A stretch of DNA of 64,000 nt, taken from Actinomycetota bacterium. GTDB lineage: Bacteria > Actinomycetota > Actinomycetes > S36-B12 > FW305-bin1. Of this stretch, positions 42,683 through 53,065 are shown in pieces. Positions within the stretch are counted from its first letter, which is position 1; every line of letters begins with the position of its first letter. The DNA lies in the NCBI GenBank assembly GCA_004297305.1, contig SCTR01000007.1, positions 106,871-170,870 of the forward strand, written 5' to 3'. Both the position numbers and the translations under genes were made by a program. The notes below the pieces were generated by a model that worked only from the letters and a program-made list of their open reading frames with translations, made no database searches and was not told where the DNA came from.

Positions 42683-42757
42683 CCGGCCTCCCACCGGCAC
42701 CGGCCTCCCACCGGCACCGGCCTCCCACCGGCACCGGCCTCCCACCGGCACCGGCCT
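42683..42757. repeat. 17-bp tandem repeat x4.4 (CCGGCCTCCCACCGGCA)
   Basis: Exact copies at 42683, 42700, 42717 and 42734, plus a 7-bp partial copy; intergenic. Confidence 0.95.
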
Positions 42758-42775
42758 GTCAGCGGCAGCGGGTTC

Positions 42776-43375
42776 TCAGCGGCGCCGTGGCCCCGGCAGG
42801 GACGCGACGCCTTGCGGGACCGGGGGCAGGCCGGCGGCGGTCGCGAGCAGGTCGGCCCACGCCTGGGCGTGGGGGGCAAGGTCGGGTCCGGCCGGGGTCC
42901 AGGACGCCCGGATCTCGATCTGTCCTTCGACCGGACGCTCGGCCATCGCGCCGAAGGACACCGAGCTGGTTCGGGTGACCGTGCCGCCCAGGACGCGCTC
43001 GTCGGCGACTGCGCTGTCCAGCGACTCCCGGACCCAGGTCCAGCCGACGTCCGGCAGCAGCGGATCGGAGGCCATTTCCGGCTCGAGGCGGGCCCGCACG
43101 AAGGCCACGACGCGGAAGGTGCCGTCCCATGCCTCGTGACCGGCCGGATCGTGCAGCACGACCAGGCGGCCGCTGGCCACCTCCTCGTCGTCGTCGACGA
43201 TCTCGGCCACGAGGGCGACGGCGTACGGCGCGAGCCGATGCGGCGCCGGGGCCTCGTGGACGTCGATCTCGTCGCGGTACCGCACCGTGCCCAGCGACGC
43301 CAACGCGGTGCGGAAGCTCAGCGGAGCGTCGGGGTCGGCCGACGGGCGAGCGTCCGGGCCCTGCGGGTACGTCAC
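42776..43375 (-). CDS. DUF3000 family protein
   Basis: PAPHRLAPYAVAL, GRLVVLHDP.G...WDGTFR, GGTVTRTSS..FG, IEIRASWTP. Confidence 0.92.
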   Translation of the reverse strand: MTYPQGPDARPSADPDAPLSFRTALASLGTVRYRDEIDVHEAPAPHRLAPYAVALVAEIVDDDEEVASGRLVVLHDPAGHEAWDGTFRVVAFVRARLEPEMASDPLLPDVGWTWVRESLDSAVADERVLGGTVTRTSSVSFGAMAERPVEGQIEIRASWTPAGPDLAPHAQAWADLLATAAGLPPVPQGVASLPGPRRR

Positions 43376-43458
43376 GCCGCCACGGTACGGCGCACAGGCA
43401 GTCAGGACCGTGCACGGCGCGGCGGGGAAACGTGTCGCGCCCCCTAGGGTGAGCGGCC

Positions 43459-44298
43459 GTGCCCATCGTCCTGGCGTTGCTGTGCAGCCTGTCCTGGGGC
43501 ACCTCGGATTTCCTCGGCGGCACCCTCAGTCGTCGCCGCGCCGCGCTGGCCGTGGTCGGCGGCTCCCAGGCGTTCGGTCTGGCGTTCATGCTGCTCATCG
43601 CGTCGACGTCGGGATCCTGGTCCACCGACCGTGGCTACGTGGGCTGGGCGATTCTGGCGAGCGTGACCGGCGTCGGCGGTCTGTTGTGTTTCTACCCGGC
43701 GCTCGCGGCCGGGACGATGGGCATCGTCGCGCCGATCGCCGCCCTGGGCGTCCTGGTCCCGCTGGCCGCCGGCTTGCTGCGCGGCGAGGCGCCGGGCGGG
43801 CCGGCGGTTCTGGGGATCGTGCTGGCGGTCGCCGGCGTCGTCCTCGCCTCCGGCCCGGAACTGTCCGGCGGTGCCCCGCGGCGGCCGATCCTGCTCGCGT
43901 CGGCGGCCGCTGCCCTGTTCGGGCTGTCCCTGCTCGCCCTCGCCCACGGCAGCGAGACCTCGGCGATCATGACGATGACCGGGATGCGCATCACCACGTT
44001 CGTGTTCTTCCTCGCCGTACTGCTGGCGGTCCGCAACGTCGGGGGGCTGCGGCCGGTGGACCTGCCGTTGCTGGCCACCACCGGACTGCTCGACGTCCTC
44101 GCCAACCTGGCGTACGGCCTGGCGTCCACCGAGGGCCTGCTGTCGATCGTGTCGGTGCTGGGCTCCATGTACCCGGTCGTCACCGTGGTGCTGGCCTGGT
44201 GGTTCCACGGTGAGCGGCTCCGCGCGGTGCAGTACGCCGGGGTCGGCTCCGTCGTGGCGGGCATCGTGCTGATCGCTGCTGGCGACGTCCTCGGCTGA
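43459..44298 (+). CDS. EamA/DMT-family transporter
   Basis: [30 protein letters not shown]...ERL; about 10 TM segments. Confidence 0.88.
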   Translation: MPIVLALLCSLSWGTSDFLGGTLSRRRAALAVVGGSQAFGLAFMLLIASTSGSWSTDRGYVGWAILASVTGVGGLLCFYPALAAGTMGIVAPIAALGVLVPLAAGLLRGEAPGGPAVLGIVLAVAGVVLASGPELSGGAPRRPILLASAAAALFGLSLLALAHGSETSAIMTMTGMRITTFVFFLAVLLAVRNVGGLRPVDLPLLATTGLLDVLANLAYGLASTEGLLSIVSVLGSMYPVVTVVLAWWFHGERLRAVQYAGVGSVVAGIVLIAAGDVLG

Positions 44299-44318
44299 CC
44301 GTGCGACGATCTGGTGCG

Positions 44319-45413
44319 ATGACCCCTGCGACTGCTGCGACGTCGGCTGCCCGGTTGCCGGCAGCCCACCCGCTCGTCGACGGCCGTACGGCGACCAGCG
44401 GACTGATCCGAGCCTGCCGCGCCGACCGGCCCGACGTCACGCCGGTGTGGTTCATGCGGCAGGCGGGCCGCTCGCTGCCGGAGTACCGCCGCGTCCGGCA
44501 GGGCGTCCCGATGCTGCAGTCCTGCTTCACCCCCGAACTCGTCCACGAGATCACCATGCAGCCGGTCCGTCGGTACGGCGTCGACGCGGCGATCTTCTTC
44601 AGCGACATCGTCGTCCCGCTGAAGGCCATCGGCGTGGACGTCGACATCAAGCCGGGCGTCGGCCCCATGCTGGGCCGGCCGGTTCGGACCGCAGCCGACC
44701 TCGAGCAGCTGCGGGACCTCGAACCGGACGACATCGCCGGTGTGCTGCAGGCGGTGTCGGCGCTGGCTGCCGATCTCGGCTCGATACCGCTGATCGGTTT
44801 CGCCGGGGCGCCGTTCACCCTCGCCTCGTACCTGGTCGAAGGCGGCCCTAGCCGCGATCACGCCCGCACCAAGGCGCTGATGCTCGGCGCTCCCGAGGTG
44901 TGGCACGAGTTGTGCGCCCGGCTCGCCCGGATCGCTGGATCCTTCCTGCGCCAGCAGGTGCTGCACGGCGCCAGCGCGGTCCAGCTGTTCGACTCGTGGG
45001 CCGGTGCACTCGGTGCTGCCGATTACGAGCGGTACGTGCTGCCCCACTCGACGGCCGCGCTGGCCGCCGTCGCCGATCTCGGTGTGCCGCGGATCCATTT
45101 CGGCGTCGGTACCGGCGAACTGCTGGGCCTCATGGCCGGCGCCGGATCCGACGTGATGGGCGTGGACTTCCGGGTTCCTCTCGACGTCGCCGCGCAACGC
45201 GTGGGCCGCCCGATGCCGTTGCAGGGCAACCTCGACCCAGCCGTCCTGTTCGCGCCGCCGGCCGCGGTGGATACCGCGGTGCACGAGGTGCTGCGCCAGG
45301 CCCGATCGCTGCCGGGACATGTGTTCAACCTCGGCCACGGCGTCCTGCCCGACACGGATCCGGACCAGCTGGCTCGCGTCGTCGACCTCGTCCACGCGGG
45401 TCTTCCCGGCTGA
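44319..45413 (+). CDS. hemE: Uroporphyrinogen decarboxylase
   Basis: [63 protein letters not shown]. Confidence 0.97.
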   Translation: MTPATAATSAARLPAAHPLVDGRTATSGLIRACRADRPDVTPVWFMRQAGRSLPEYRRVRQGVPMLQSCFTPELVHEITMQPVRRYGVDAAIFFSDIVVPLKAIGVDVDIKPGVGPMLGRPVRTAADLEQLRDLEPDDIAGVLQAVSALAADLGSIPLIGFAGAPFTLASYLVEGGPSRDHARTKALMLGAPEVWHELCARLARIAGSFLRQQVLHGASAVQLFDSWAGALGAADYERYVLPHSTAALAAVADLGVPRIHFGVGTGELLGLMAGAGSDVMGVDFRVPLDVAAQRVGRPMPLQGNLDPAVLFAPPAAVDTAVHEVLRQARSLPGHVFNLGHGVLPDTDPDQLARVVDLVHAGLPG

Positions 45414-45428
45414 TGGTCACCGCGAGGC

Positions 45429-45593
45429 GCCGTCCGCAGCCCCAGCGCCATTCGCGGCGGCCGTGCCGTCCGCAGTCCCAGCGCCATTCGCGGCGGCCGT
45501 GCCGTCCGCAGTCCCAGCGCCATTCGCGGCGGCCGTGCCGTCCGCAGTCCCAGCGCCATTCGCGGCGGCCGTGCCGTCCGCAGTCCCAGCGCC
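45429..45593. repeat. 36-bp tandem repeat x4.6 (GCCGTCCGCAGTCCCAGCGCCATTCGCGGCGGCCGT)
   Basis: Copies at 45429 (one T>C change), 45465, 45501 and 45537, plus a 21-bp partial copy at 45573; no spacers. Confidence 0.95.
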
Positions 45594-45614
45594 GTCCGCA
45601 GGGGCGGGGACGGC

Positions 45615-47027
45615 GTGGGGGATAGCCGCCGGGTGGTCGTCGTCGGCGGCGGTATCGCCGGCCTCGTCGCCGCCCTCGACCTGCTCGACCAACCGGACGC
45701 TCCCATCGTCACGGTGCTGGAGCAGGCCGACGCGGTGGGCGGCAAGCTGCGGGCGGGCGCGCTGGACGACCTCGGCCACGACGCCGGCGCGGAGTCGCTG
45801 CTGGTGACCCGGCCGGAGGCGGCGGAGCTGGCCGAGCGGGTCGGCCTGGGCGCAGACCTGGTGACTCCGCGCACGACGACGGCGTCGATTTGGTCGCGGG
45901 GCAGGCTGCGACCGCTCCCGCGGCGCACCGTGCTGGGAGTGCCGGCCGACCTGCGGGCGCTTGCCGACGCCGGCATCCTGTCGCTGCCCGGCCTGCTTCG
46001 CGTCCCGCTCGACCGGTGCCTTCCCGGCTCGGCGCCGACGGCTGACGTCGCGGTCGGTTCGTACGTTGCCGCACGCCTCGGCCGGCAGGTCGTGGACCGT
46101 CTGGTCGATCCGCTGCTGGGCGGGGTCTACGCCGGCAGCGCGGACAACCTGTCACTGCAGGCGACCATGCCGGCGCTGTTTGCCGGTGTCCGGCAGGACA
46201 GGTCGCTGCTGGGAGCCGCGTCGAAGGTGACAACCGGGCAGCGTTCGGGGCCGGTGTTCGCCGGCATCGCCGGTGGCGTCAGCCGCCTAGCTCAGTCCAC
46301 CGCGGAGCGGGTCCGGCTCGCCGGCGGGCAGATCCGTACCGCGACCACTGTCGTGGGCCTCGCCCGTGTCGGTGACCGGTGGCGGTTGTCGGTCCGCGGG
46401 GGCCTGGAGCTCGGCCCGACGGTGGAGGCTGACGCGGTCGTCCTGGCGGTTCCGGCTCCCGCGGCGTCGCGGCTGTTGCAGGCCGTCGTACCGACGGCTG
46501 CTGCCGACCTTGCCGACGTGGAGCTTGCCAGCGTCGCGCTGATCGCCATGGCGTTCCCGCACGACGCCGCATCCTGGCCGGACGGCTCGGGGTTCCTCGT
46601 GCCCGCGGTCGAGGGCTCGGCGGTCAAGGCGGTCACGCTGCTGTCCGCCAAGTGGGGGTGGGTGGCCGACCAGGATCGGCAACGGCGGGTGGTCCGGGCG
46701 TCGGTCGGACGCTGGGGCGACGCCGGGCTGCTGCAACGCGACGACGACGACCTCGTCGAGTTGGTTGTGGCCGAGCTCCGTCGTTTCCTCGGCGTCGTCG
46801 CGCCGCCGCTGGCGGCCAGCGTGACCCGCTGGGGTGGGGCCCTGCCGCAGTACGCCGTTGGCCACGTCGCGCGGGTCGCCCGGATCAGGGCGGCGGTCGC
46901 TACCCAGCCGGGTCTCGCGGTGTGTGGCGCGACGTACGACGGGGTAGGGATTCCCGCGGTGATCGCCTCGGCGCACCTCGCGGCGCGGCAGGTGCGCGGG
47001 TCGGTCGAGCCGTCCGGGCGAATGTGA
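45615..47027 (+). CDS. hemG: Protoporphyrinogen/coproporphyrinogen III oxidase (HemY/CgoX)
   Basis: VVGGGIAGL, GGKLR, DAGAES, LVDPLLGGVYAG, RWGGALPQY, YDGVGIP. Confidence 0.95.
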   Translation: MGDSRRVVVVGGGIAGLVAALDLLDQPDAPIVTVLEQADAVGGKLRAGALDDLGHDAGAESLLVTRPEAAELAERVGLGADLVTPRTTTASIWSRGRLRPLPRRTVLGVPADLRALADAGILSLPGLLRVPLDRCLPGSAPTADVAVGSYVAARLGRQVVDRLVDPLLGGVYAGSADNLSLQATMPALFAGVRQDRSLLGAASKVTTGQRSGPVFAGIAGGVSRLAQSTAERVRLAGGQIRTATTVVGLARVGDRWRLSVRGGLELGPTVEADAVVLAVPAPAASRLLQAVVPTAAADLADVELASVALIAMAFPHDAASWPDGSGFLVPAVEGSAVKAVTLLSAKWGWVADQDRQRRVVRASVGRWGDAGLLQRDDDDLVELVVAELRRFLGVVAPPLAASVTRWGGALPQYAVGHVARVARIRAAVATQPGLAVCGATYDGVGIPAVIASAHLAARQVRGSVEPSGRM

Positions 47028-47031
47028 TCGG

Positions 47032-48966
47032 TTGTCCCTCAAGGGACGACGACCGACTGCCGATAGGCCAGTCGTGGCCGAGCTCTCACCGCCGGTGATC
47101 AAGACGTCCTCGCGACCCGGGCGCGACCTGAGCATTGTCAGCGCCGCGGCGGGCTTCTTCGCCCTGGCGCTGCTGCTGGGTGCCGTCGTTGCGGGCCTCG
47201 GCGTCCGCAACGTCCGGCTTGCCGGGGCAGCCGAGGCCCGGGTGACCAGCGCGCACGCCGATGCGGAGGCCGTCGCGCGCCTGTCCTCGTCGTTCTCCCG
47301 ACTGGAGTCGGTGGCCCTGGAAGCCGTGTCCCTGCCGGCAGCGTCCCCGCAGCGCACGGTCGCGATCGCCGAACTTGCGGTGCGAGAAGAGGCGGCGAAG
47401 GCCGCCCTGGCCGAGGCGAGAACGACGTTGGACACCGGTGTCCCCGCGACCGCGGCGAATCTGCAGGTCGTCGACGACGCGCTGTCGACACTGCAGACGG
47501 CCGCGGCGGCGTCACCGCCGGCCGATGCGGCGGCTCGAAGCGAGGTCCAGGCCGACCGGCGGGCGGCCGAAGCCGCGGTCGATGCGCTGAGCACTACGGC
47601 CGCTGCCGATGCCGGAACCGCGGTCGCCGCTGCGGCCGAGGTCACCTCGGCCAACCGGCGGATCTTCTACTCGGTACTGGCCATCGGGCTGATGGGGTTG
47701 CTGGGCTACATCGCGGTCGTGATGACGATCCTGCGGCGCCGGGTGGTCCGGATGATCGAAGGAGCGGAGAAGCTCACCGACGGTGACCTGGCCGAGCGCT
47801 TGCCCGACAGCGGCAGTGACGATTTCGCCCGGCTCGCCCGAGCGGTCAATCGTGCCGCCGAGTCGCAACAGCGGTTGAGCCGGCGGTTGCAGGACGAGGC
47901 CGAGAAGGCCCGAATGGGCCGCGAGATCACCGAGGCGCTCGAGCTCGTCGATACCGAGGACGAGGTGAAGGAGGTCGTCGCGCGAGTGCTTCGTGACGGC
48001 TTCGCCACGTCGCCTGCCGAACTGCTGCTCTCCGATTCCAGCCGGGCACACCTGAGCGTCGAAGCGATCAACGAGGCGTTGCCGGCGCCGGGCTGCGGGG
48101 TCGATTCGCCGTACGCCTGCCCGGCGGTCCGACGCGGCTCGACCCAGGTGTTCCCGTCGAGTTCGGCGATCAACGCGTGCCAGAAGCTGCACGGGCGGCC
48201 GAGCGGTCCGGTCTCCGCCACGTGCGTGCCGTTGTCCTTCATGGGTCAGGCGCTCGGCGTCCTGCACGTGACAGGGCCCGACGGGGAGCGGCTGTCTGCC
48301 GACCAGGTCGACCAGCTGACCGGGCTGGCGACCCACGTGGGTGCTCGGGTAGGGACGGTCCGGGCCTTCAACCGCACTGCACTGCAGGCGACCACGGACG
48401 GGCTGACCGGCCTGCTCAACCGGCGCGCGTTCGAGACCCGGGCCCGGTCGCTGCTGCGGACCGCGCGACCGGCCGCGATCGTCATGGCCGACCTGGACTG
48501 CTTCAAGCTGCTCAACGACGCTCACGGTCACGATGCCGGCGATCGAGCGCTGCGACGGTTCGCCGGGGTGCTGCGCGACAGCCTGCGCGGCAGCGATCTG
48601 TGTTCCCGATTCGGCGGTGAGGAGTTCGCGCTGCTGATCATGGACAGCGACGTCAAGCAGGCCGTCGTGGTCGTGGAGCGGATCCGGACGCGGCTGGCCG
48701 AAGCTTTGACTGCTCAGTCGCCGGTGTTCACTGCAAGTTTCGGTGTCGCGCGTGCCGACGGTCTGGACCTCAGCGAGGCACTGCAGATCGCCGACCGGGC
48801 CCTGTACCAGGCGAAGGAGGACGGCCGGGACCGCTACGTCGTGGCCGACCAGCCGGCACGTGACCTCGCGGAGTGGCCGGCGGAACCCGGCGAGCAGCAG
48901 GACGCTCTTGTCGCCCACGAGGTATGGCGCGACGACGACCCCTTCGGCGGGAGTCGCCCGGCCTGA
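47032..48966 (+). CDS. Membrane-anchored diguanylate cyclase (2 TM + HAMP + GAF-like + GGDEF)
   Basis: [30 protein letters not shown]-site [25 protein letters not shown]; start could be 47032 or 47074. Confidence 0.9.
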   Translation: MSLKGRRPTADRPVVAELSPPVIKTSSRPGRDLSIVSAAAGFFALALLLGAVVAGLGVRNVRLAGAAEARVTSAHADAEAVARLSSSFSRLESVALEAVSLPAASPQRTVAIAELAVREEAAKAALAEARTTLDTGVPATAANLQVVDDALSTLQTAAAASPPADAAARSEVQADRRAAEAAVDALSTTAAADAGTAVAAAAEVTSANRRIFYSVLAIGLMGLLGYIAVVMTILRRRVVRMIEGAEKLTDGDLAERLPDSGSDDFARLARAVNRAAESQQRLSRRLQDEAEKARMGREITEALELVDTEDEVKEVVARVLRDGFATSPAELLLSDSSRAHLSVEAINEALPAPGCGVDSPYACPAVRRGSTQVFPSSSAINACQKLHGRPSGPVSATCVPLSFMGQALGVLHVTGPDGERLSADQVDQLTGLATHVGARVGTVRAFNRTALQATTDGLTGLLNRRAFETRARSLLRTARPAAIVMADLDCFKLLNDAHGHDAGDRALRRFAGVLRDSLRGSDLCSRFGGEEFALLIMDSDVKQAVVVVERIRTRLAEALTAQSPVFTASFGVARADGLDLSEALQIADRALYQAKEDGRDRYVVADQPARDLAEWPAEPGEQQDALVAHEVWRDDDPFGGSRPA

Positions 48967-48980
48967 CCGATGATGGGCGC

Positions 48981-49685
48981 ATGGCTGCCACTGATTCGCC
49001 GCGCCCGAAGGCTCGTGATCTCAACCAGGTCGTCCGCTACACGATGTGGTCGGTCTTCCGAGCTGACCTGCCGCTGCCGGACGATCGGTCCGGGCTGTCG
49101 GCCGAGGTGTCGGATCTGTTCGACCAGTTGGCGGCCAAGGACGTAGTCGTCCGCGGCACCTACGACGTCTCGGGCCTGCGCGCCGATGCCGACCTGCTGG
49201 TGTGGTGGCACGCCGAGTCGTCCGACGACCTGCAGGCGGCGTACCAACGGCTGCGCCGCACCGCCTTGGGGCGTCACCTGGCGCCGGTGTGGTCGGTGAT
49301 GGCACTGCACCGGCCGGCCGAGTTCAACAAGTCGCACATCCCGGCGTTCCTCGCCGACGAGCGTCCTCGCGACTACGTCTGCGTGTATCCGTTCGTGCGG
49401 TCGTTGGAGTGGTATGTCCTGCCGGACGAGGAGCGCCGCGCGATGCTCGCCGAGCACGGTCAGCTCGGCCGGGAGTATCCGGACGTCCGCGCCAACACCG
49501 TCGCGGCATTCGCATTGGGCGACTACGAATGGGTCCTCGCGTTCGAAGCCGACGAGCTGCATCGCATCGTGGATCTGATGCGCCATCTGCGCGCGTCGCG
49601 CGCTCGACTGCACGTCCGCGAGGAGTTGCCGTTCTACACCGGCCGGCGTCGTCCGGTGGCCGACCTGGTGGCCGACCTGCCGTGA
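48981..49685 (+). CDS. hemQ: Coproheme decarboxylase (HemQ/ChdC, chlorite-dismutase family)
   Basis: [50 protein letters not shown]. Confidence 0.95.
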   Translation: MAATDSPRPKARDLNQVVRYTMWSVFRADLPLPDDRSGLSAEVSDLFDQLAAKDVVVRGTYDVSGLRADADLLVWWHAESSDDLQAAYQRLRRTALGRHLAPVWSVMALHRPAEFNKSHIPAFLADERPRDYVCVYPFVRSLEWYVLPDEERRAMLAEHGQLGREYPDVRANTVAAFALGDYEWVLAFEADELHRIVDLMRHLRASRARLHVREELPFYTGRRRPVADLVADLP

Positions 49686-49735
49686 GCGGCTGGATCCAGG
49701 TGCGCCGCGGCGGGCAGCGACGTACCGTCTGCGCC

Positions 49736-50179
49736 ATGGATCCCGAGACCGTGCCCGACACCGCGCCGACCGGAACGCCCTATCGAGTGTCCCGCAGCGA
49801 GGCGGAGTGGAAGGCCGATCTGACACCGTTCGAGTACCGGGTGCTGCGCCAGGCCGGCACCGAACCTGCGTGGTCGGGCGAGTACGTGTCGACGAAGACC
49901 CGTGGTGTCTACAGCTGTCGGGCCTGCGGGGCGCACCTGTTCACCAGTGAGACGAAGTTCGACTCCCACTGTGGTTGGCCGTCGTTCTTCTCGCCATTGG
50001 CCGGTGACGCGGTGGTGGAACTCGAGGATCGCAGCATGGGAATGCTCCGGGTGGAGGTGCGTTGCGCCGCGTGCGGGTCGCATCTGGGACATGTGTTCTC
50101 CGGTGAGGGCTACGACACCCCGACAGACCAGCGCTACTGCATCAACTCGGTCGCGCTGCGGCACGAAACGGTCGACTGA
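49736..50179 (+). CDS. msrB: Peptide methionine-R-sulfoxide reductase
   Basis: LRQAGTE, CRACGAHLF, KFDSHCGWPSF, HLGHVF, RYCINS. Confidence 0.96.
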   Translation: MDPETVPDTAPTGTPYRVSRSEAEWKADLTPFEYRVLRQAGTEPAWSGEYVSTKTRGVYSCRACGAHLFTSETKFDSHCGWPSFFSPLAGDAVVELEDRSMGMLRVEVRCAACGSHLGHVFSGEGYDTPTDQRYCINSVALRHETVD

Positions 50180-50223
50180 GCGCCTGACGGCAGTAGCCCT
50201 CGCGAGTTGGGTACGGTGACGGC

Positions 50224-51300
50224 GTGGCCACCGCGAAGTGGGGCGCTCCGGTCGAGTTGGACGTCGCCGGGCGCACGGTACGGGTGACCAACCCGGACCG
50301 GCCGTACTTCCCCGAGGTCGGCTTGAGCAAGGTCGACGTCGTGCAGTACTACGCCGGCGTCGCCCCGATCATGCTGCGCAGCTTGCGGGAGCGTCCGACG
50401 ACTCTCGAACGGTGGCCCACCGGGGTGCTCGAGGGCGTCACCTTGACCCAACGCGACGGGACGAAGGGGGATGCCTTCTACCAGAAGCGCGTTCCGCAGG
50501 GCGCGCCGTCGTACGTCCAGACCGCGACGATCGCGTTTCCTTCGGGACGGACGGCCGACGAGATCTGTCCGACCGAGCCGGCCGTGATCGCGTGGGCGGC
50601 GAATCTGGGCACGATTACCTTCCATCCCTGGCCGGTACGCCGAGCCGACGTCGATCACCCCGACGAGTTGCGGCTGGACTTCGATCCGCAGCCCGGTACC
50701 GACTTCCGCGATGCGGTGCGGGTGGCCCAGGAGGCCAAGGCCGTGCTGGACGACCTGGGCTGGATCGGGTTCCCCAAGACCTCCGGCGGGCGAGGCGTGC
50801 ACGTCTACGTCCGGCTGCAACCGCGATGGACGTTCACCGACGTACGCCATGCCGCGATCGCGTTCGGCCGTGAACTGGAACGGCGGATGCCGCAGGAGGT
50901 CACCACGTTGTGGTGGAAGGAGCAGCGCGGCTCGCGGGTGTTCGTCGACTACAACCAGAACGCGCGAGATCGCACCATCGCGTCGGCGTTCTCCGTCCGG
51001 GCGAAACCGCACGCACCGGTGTCGACGCCGTTGCGCTGGGAGGAACTGCCGGCAGTCGACCCGCGGGACTTCACCGTCGTCACCGTGCCCGGCCGGCTCG
51101 CGGAGGTCGGCGACCTGCACGCTGCCATCGACGATGTCGAGCACGACCTGAGTCCGCTGCTGGCGTGGTACGAGCGGGACGAACGCGACCACGGCCTGGG
51201 AGATATGCCGTATCCACCCGAGTATCCGAAGATGCCCGGCGAACCGAAGCGCGTGCAGCCGAGCCGGGACACGTTGCGTGACAAGGACTCCCCGGCCTGA
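50224..51300 (+). CDS. Stand-alone LigD polymerase-domain primase-polymerase (Prim-PolC-like)
   Basis: TNPDRPYFP, FYQKRVP, PDELRLDFDP, KTSGGRGVHVY, VFVDYNQNARDRT; no ligase or phosphoesterase domain. Confidence 0.9.
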   Translation: MATAKWGAPVELDVAGRTVRVTNPDRPYFPEVGLSKVDVVQYYAGVAPIMLRSLRERPTTLERWPTGVLEGVTLTQRDGTKGDAFYQKRVPQGAPSYVQTATIAFPSGRTADEICPTEPAVIAWAANLGTITFHPWPVRRADVDHPDELRLDFDPQPGTDFRDAVRVAQEAKAVLDDLGWIGFPKTSGGRGVHVYVRLQPRWTFTDVRHAAIAFGRELERRMPQEVTTLWWKEQRGSRVFVDYNQNARDRTIASAFSVRAKPHAPVSTPLRWEELPAVDPRDFTVVTVPGRLAEVGDLHAAIDDVEHDLSPLLAWYERDERDHGLGDMPYPPEYPKMPGEPKRVQPSRDTLRDKDSPA

Positions 51301-51449
51301 TTGACCGGGTGCTGACTGCTTGGCACTGCCTGGCAAATCCCGGCTGGTTCGGCATTGCTGGTAGCAGCCGTGACATTGTCGGCGACGAGGCCGGCGGCGA
51401 CAACACCCGCGAGGATCGGTGCGCTCCGGTTGCGCCTACCGTTGTCGGC

Positions 51450-51839
51450 ATGCCGACGTGGCTGTGGCTGGTCGTTGCCGGGTTCCTGCTGTGGGCCGTC
51501 AGTTGTCTGGTGCTGGCATGGTCTGCCACCCGGCTGCCGGCCGGTCTGCTGCGGGACATGGCGGAGTTCCTGCCGGCCTGCGTCACCACCGCACGCCGGT
51601 TGCGGCGGGACCCGGCTGTCCCACGGCGAGCCCGAGTGGCGTTGTTGCTGGCGGTCGTGTGGGTGCTGTCACCGATCGACCTGATCCCGGAGTTCCTGCC
51701 GGTGATCGGCCCGCTCGACGACGTCGTGGCGGTCGTCCTGCTCCTGCGGTACGCCGCTCGCGCCATACCGCGCCCGACCCTGGTCGCGGCGTGGCCAGCG
51801 AATCCCGCCACCGTGGAGCGGCTGCTGGGTCGAGCCTGA
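51450..51839 (+). CDS. DUF1232/YkvA family membrane protein
   Basis: VLSPIDLIPEFLPVIGPLDD. Confidence 0.9.
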   Translation: MPTWLWLVVAGFLLWAVSCLVLAWSATRLPAGLLRDMAEFLPACVTTARRLRRDPAVPRRARVALLLAVVWVLSPIDLIPEFLPVIGPLDDVVAVVLLLRYAARAIPRPTLVAAWPANPATVERLLGRA

Positions 51840-51882
51840 CGATGGCCTCGGCTGCCGCGGGCCGCCTCAGCCGCGGTGGCGC

Positions 51883-52773
51883 CTAACGGTCGTGGCCGTC
51901 CTCGCCGCGGTGGGACAGCGGCGCCTGGATGCCGTGTTCGACCTCGTCCTTGCCGGTCTCGCCCTCATTGGTGCGCGTGGTCGTCGGGATGACCTGGGGG
52001 TCGCCGCCGTCGCCGACGAGGTCCTGCTCCTCGCTCGCGGTCCGGGGCCCCTCGGCGTCGCCGTCACGTCCATCCATGTCCGCCTCCTCCTCGTCCTCAG
52101 CGGCCGGGTGGCGCTGCGCGGCCAACTGTGACCCCGAATCGCCGGTCCCGCCTGTCGAGCCCGCAGGTTCGCGGGTGCGGCCGTCGACGCCGACGGCGCG
52201 CAGGATCCGGTCGATCAGCAAACCCAGCACGAGGCCCGCGGCGACCCCGACGACGATGGCGATCAGTGGATAGTCCCCGAGCCAGCGGCCGGCGCCGATG
52301 CCGAGCAGCATCGAGTATCCCGCCCAGCTGGTCGCGGCGATCGCCACCAGGAGTGAGAAACGACGTCGCGGATACGGGATCGATCCCGCCGTCATGTTGA
52401 CCGCGACCCGTCCCACCGGGACGTAGCGCGCGGCGATGATGAAGACCGGGCCGCGTCGGGTGACGGAGTCCTCGGCCCAGTCGAGCGCGGCCTTGCCCTT
52501 GCCCTTGCGGAACAATCGAAGCCGGCGCGGTTGTATCCGGTGCCCGATCGTGTAGGCGATCTGATCGCCGGTGAACGCGCCCAGGGCCGCGGCGATGCCG
52601 ATGTAGCCGAGTTTGGGTTCCCCGGTCGAGACCGACAGCGTGACCAGCGCGATGATCACCGACTCGCTGGGCAACGGCGGGAAGAAGCCGTCGATCGTCG
52701 CCAGCAGAAACAGGATGACGTAGACCCAGGGCGACGAGGCCAGATCCAAGATCCAGTGTTCGAGTCCGCCCAC
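51883..52773 (-). CDS. DedA family membrane protein with acidic C-terminal tail
   Basis: DGFFPPLPSES, GAFTGDQIAY.IG, ARYVPVGR; start approximate. Confidence 0.85.
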   Translation of the reverse strand: MGGLEHWILDLASSPWVYVILFLLATIDGFFPPLPSESVIIALVTLSVSTGEPKLGYIGIAAALGAFTGDQIAYTIGHRIQPRRLRLFRKGKGKAALDWAEDSVTRRGPVFIIAARYVPVGRVAVNMTAGSIPYPRRRFSLLVAIAATSWAGYSMLLGIGAGRWLGDYPLIAIVVGVAAGLVLGLLIDRILRAVGVDGRTREPAGSTGGTGDSGSQLAAQRHPAAEDEEEADMDGRDGDAEGPRTASEEQDLVGDGGDPQVIPTTTRTNEGETGKDEVEHGIQAPLSHRGEDGHDR

Positions 52774-53065
52774 GACCAAAGACCGTACGTCACCGCGGCC
52801 GCTGTCGCGCGACGCTGCGGCGGCATCGCCGCAGCCGACGGCGGACCGGTCGAGTCTCGGGACAGATACGGCGCCGCTCGGTTCTGCGGCCGGCAACGGG
52901 TCAGGCGCCGCGGCCGGCCGGACGCGGGCGGGATTGCGCCGTTCAGGTTCGGCTGAATGATGTGATCATCCGGCTGCGTGCCTGATGGGCGACCACGGCC
53001 GCTCGCGGGTTACTGTCGGTAGTGCCATGGCCATGGTCGGCCCAGCCGCAGCCCAGGGAGTCACG

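Noticed and set aside
45411-45460. Selenocysteine recoding of the hemE TGA
   Set aside because: HemE homology ends naturally at this stop, I cannot identify a SECIS-like element, and no sel genes are in the window.
45429-45593. CRISPR array (36-bp repeats)
   Set aside because: The units are directly abutting with no unique spacers, and there are no cas genes or leader in the window.
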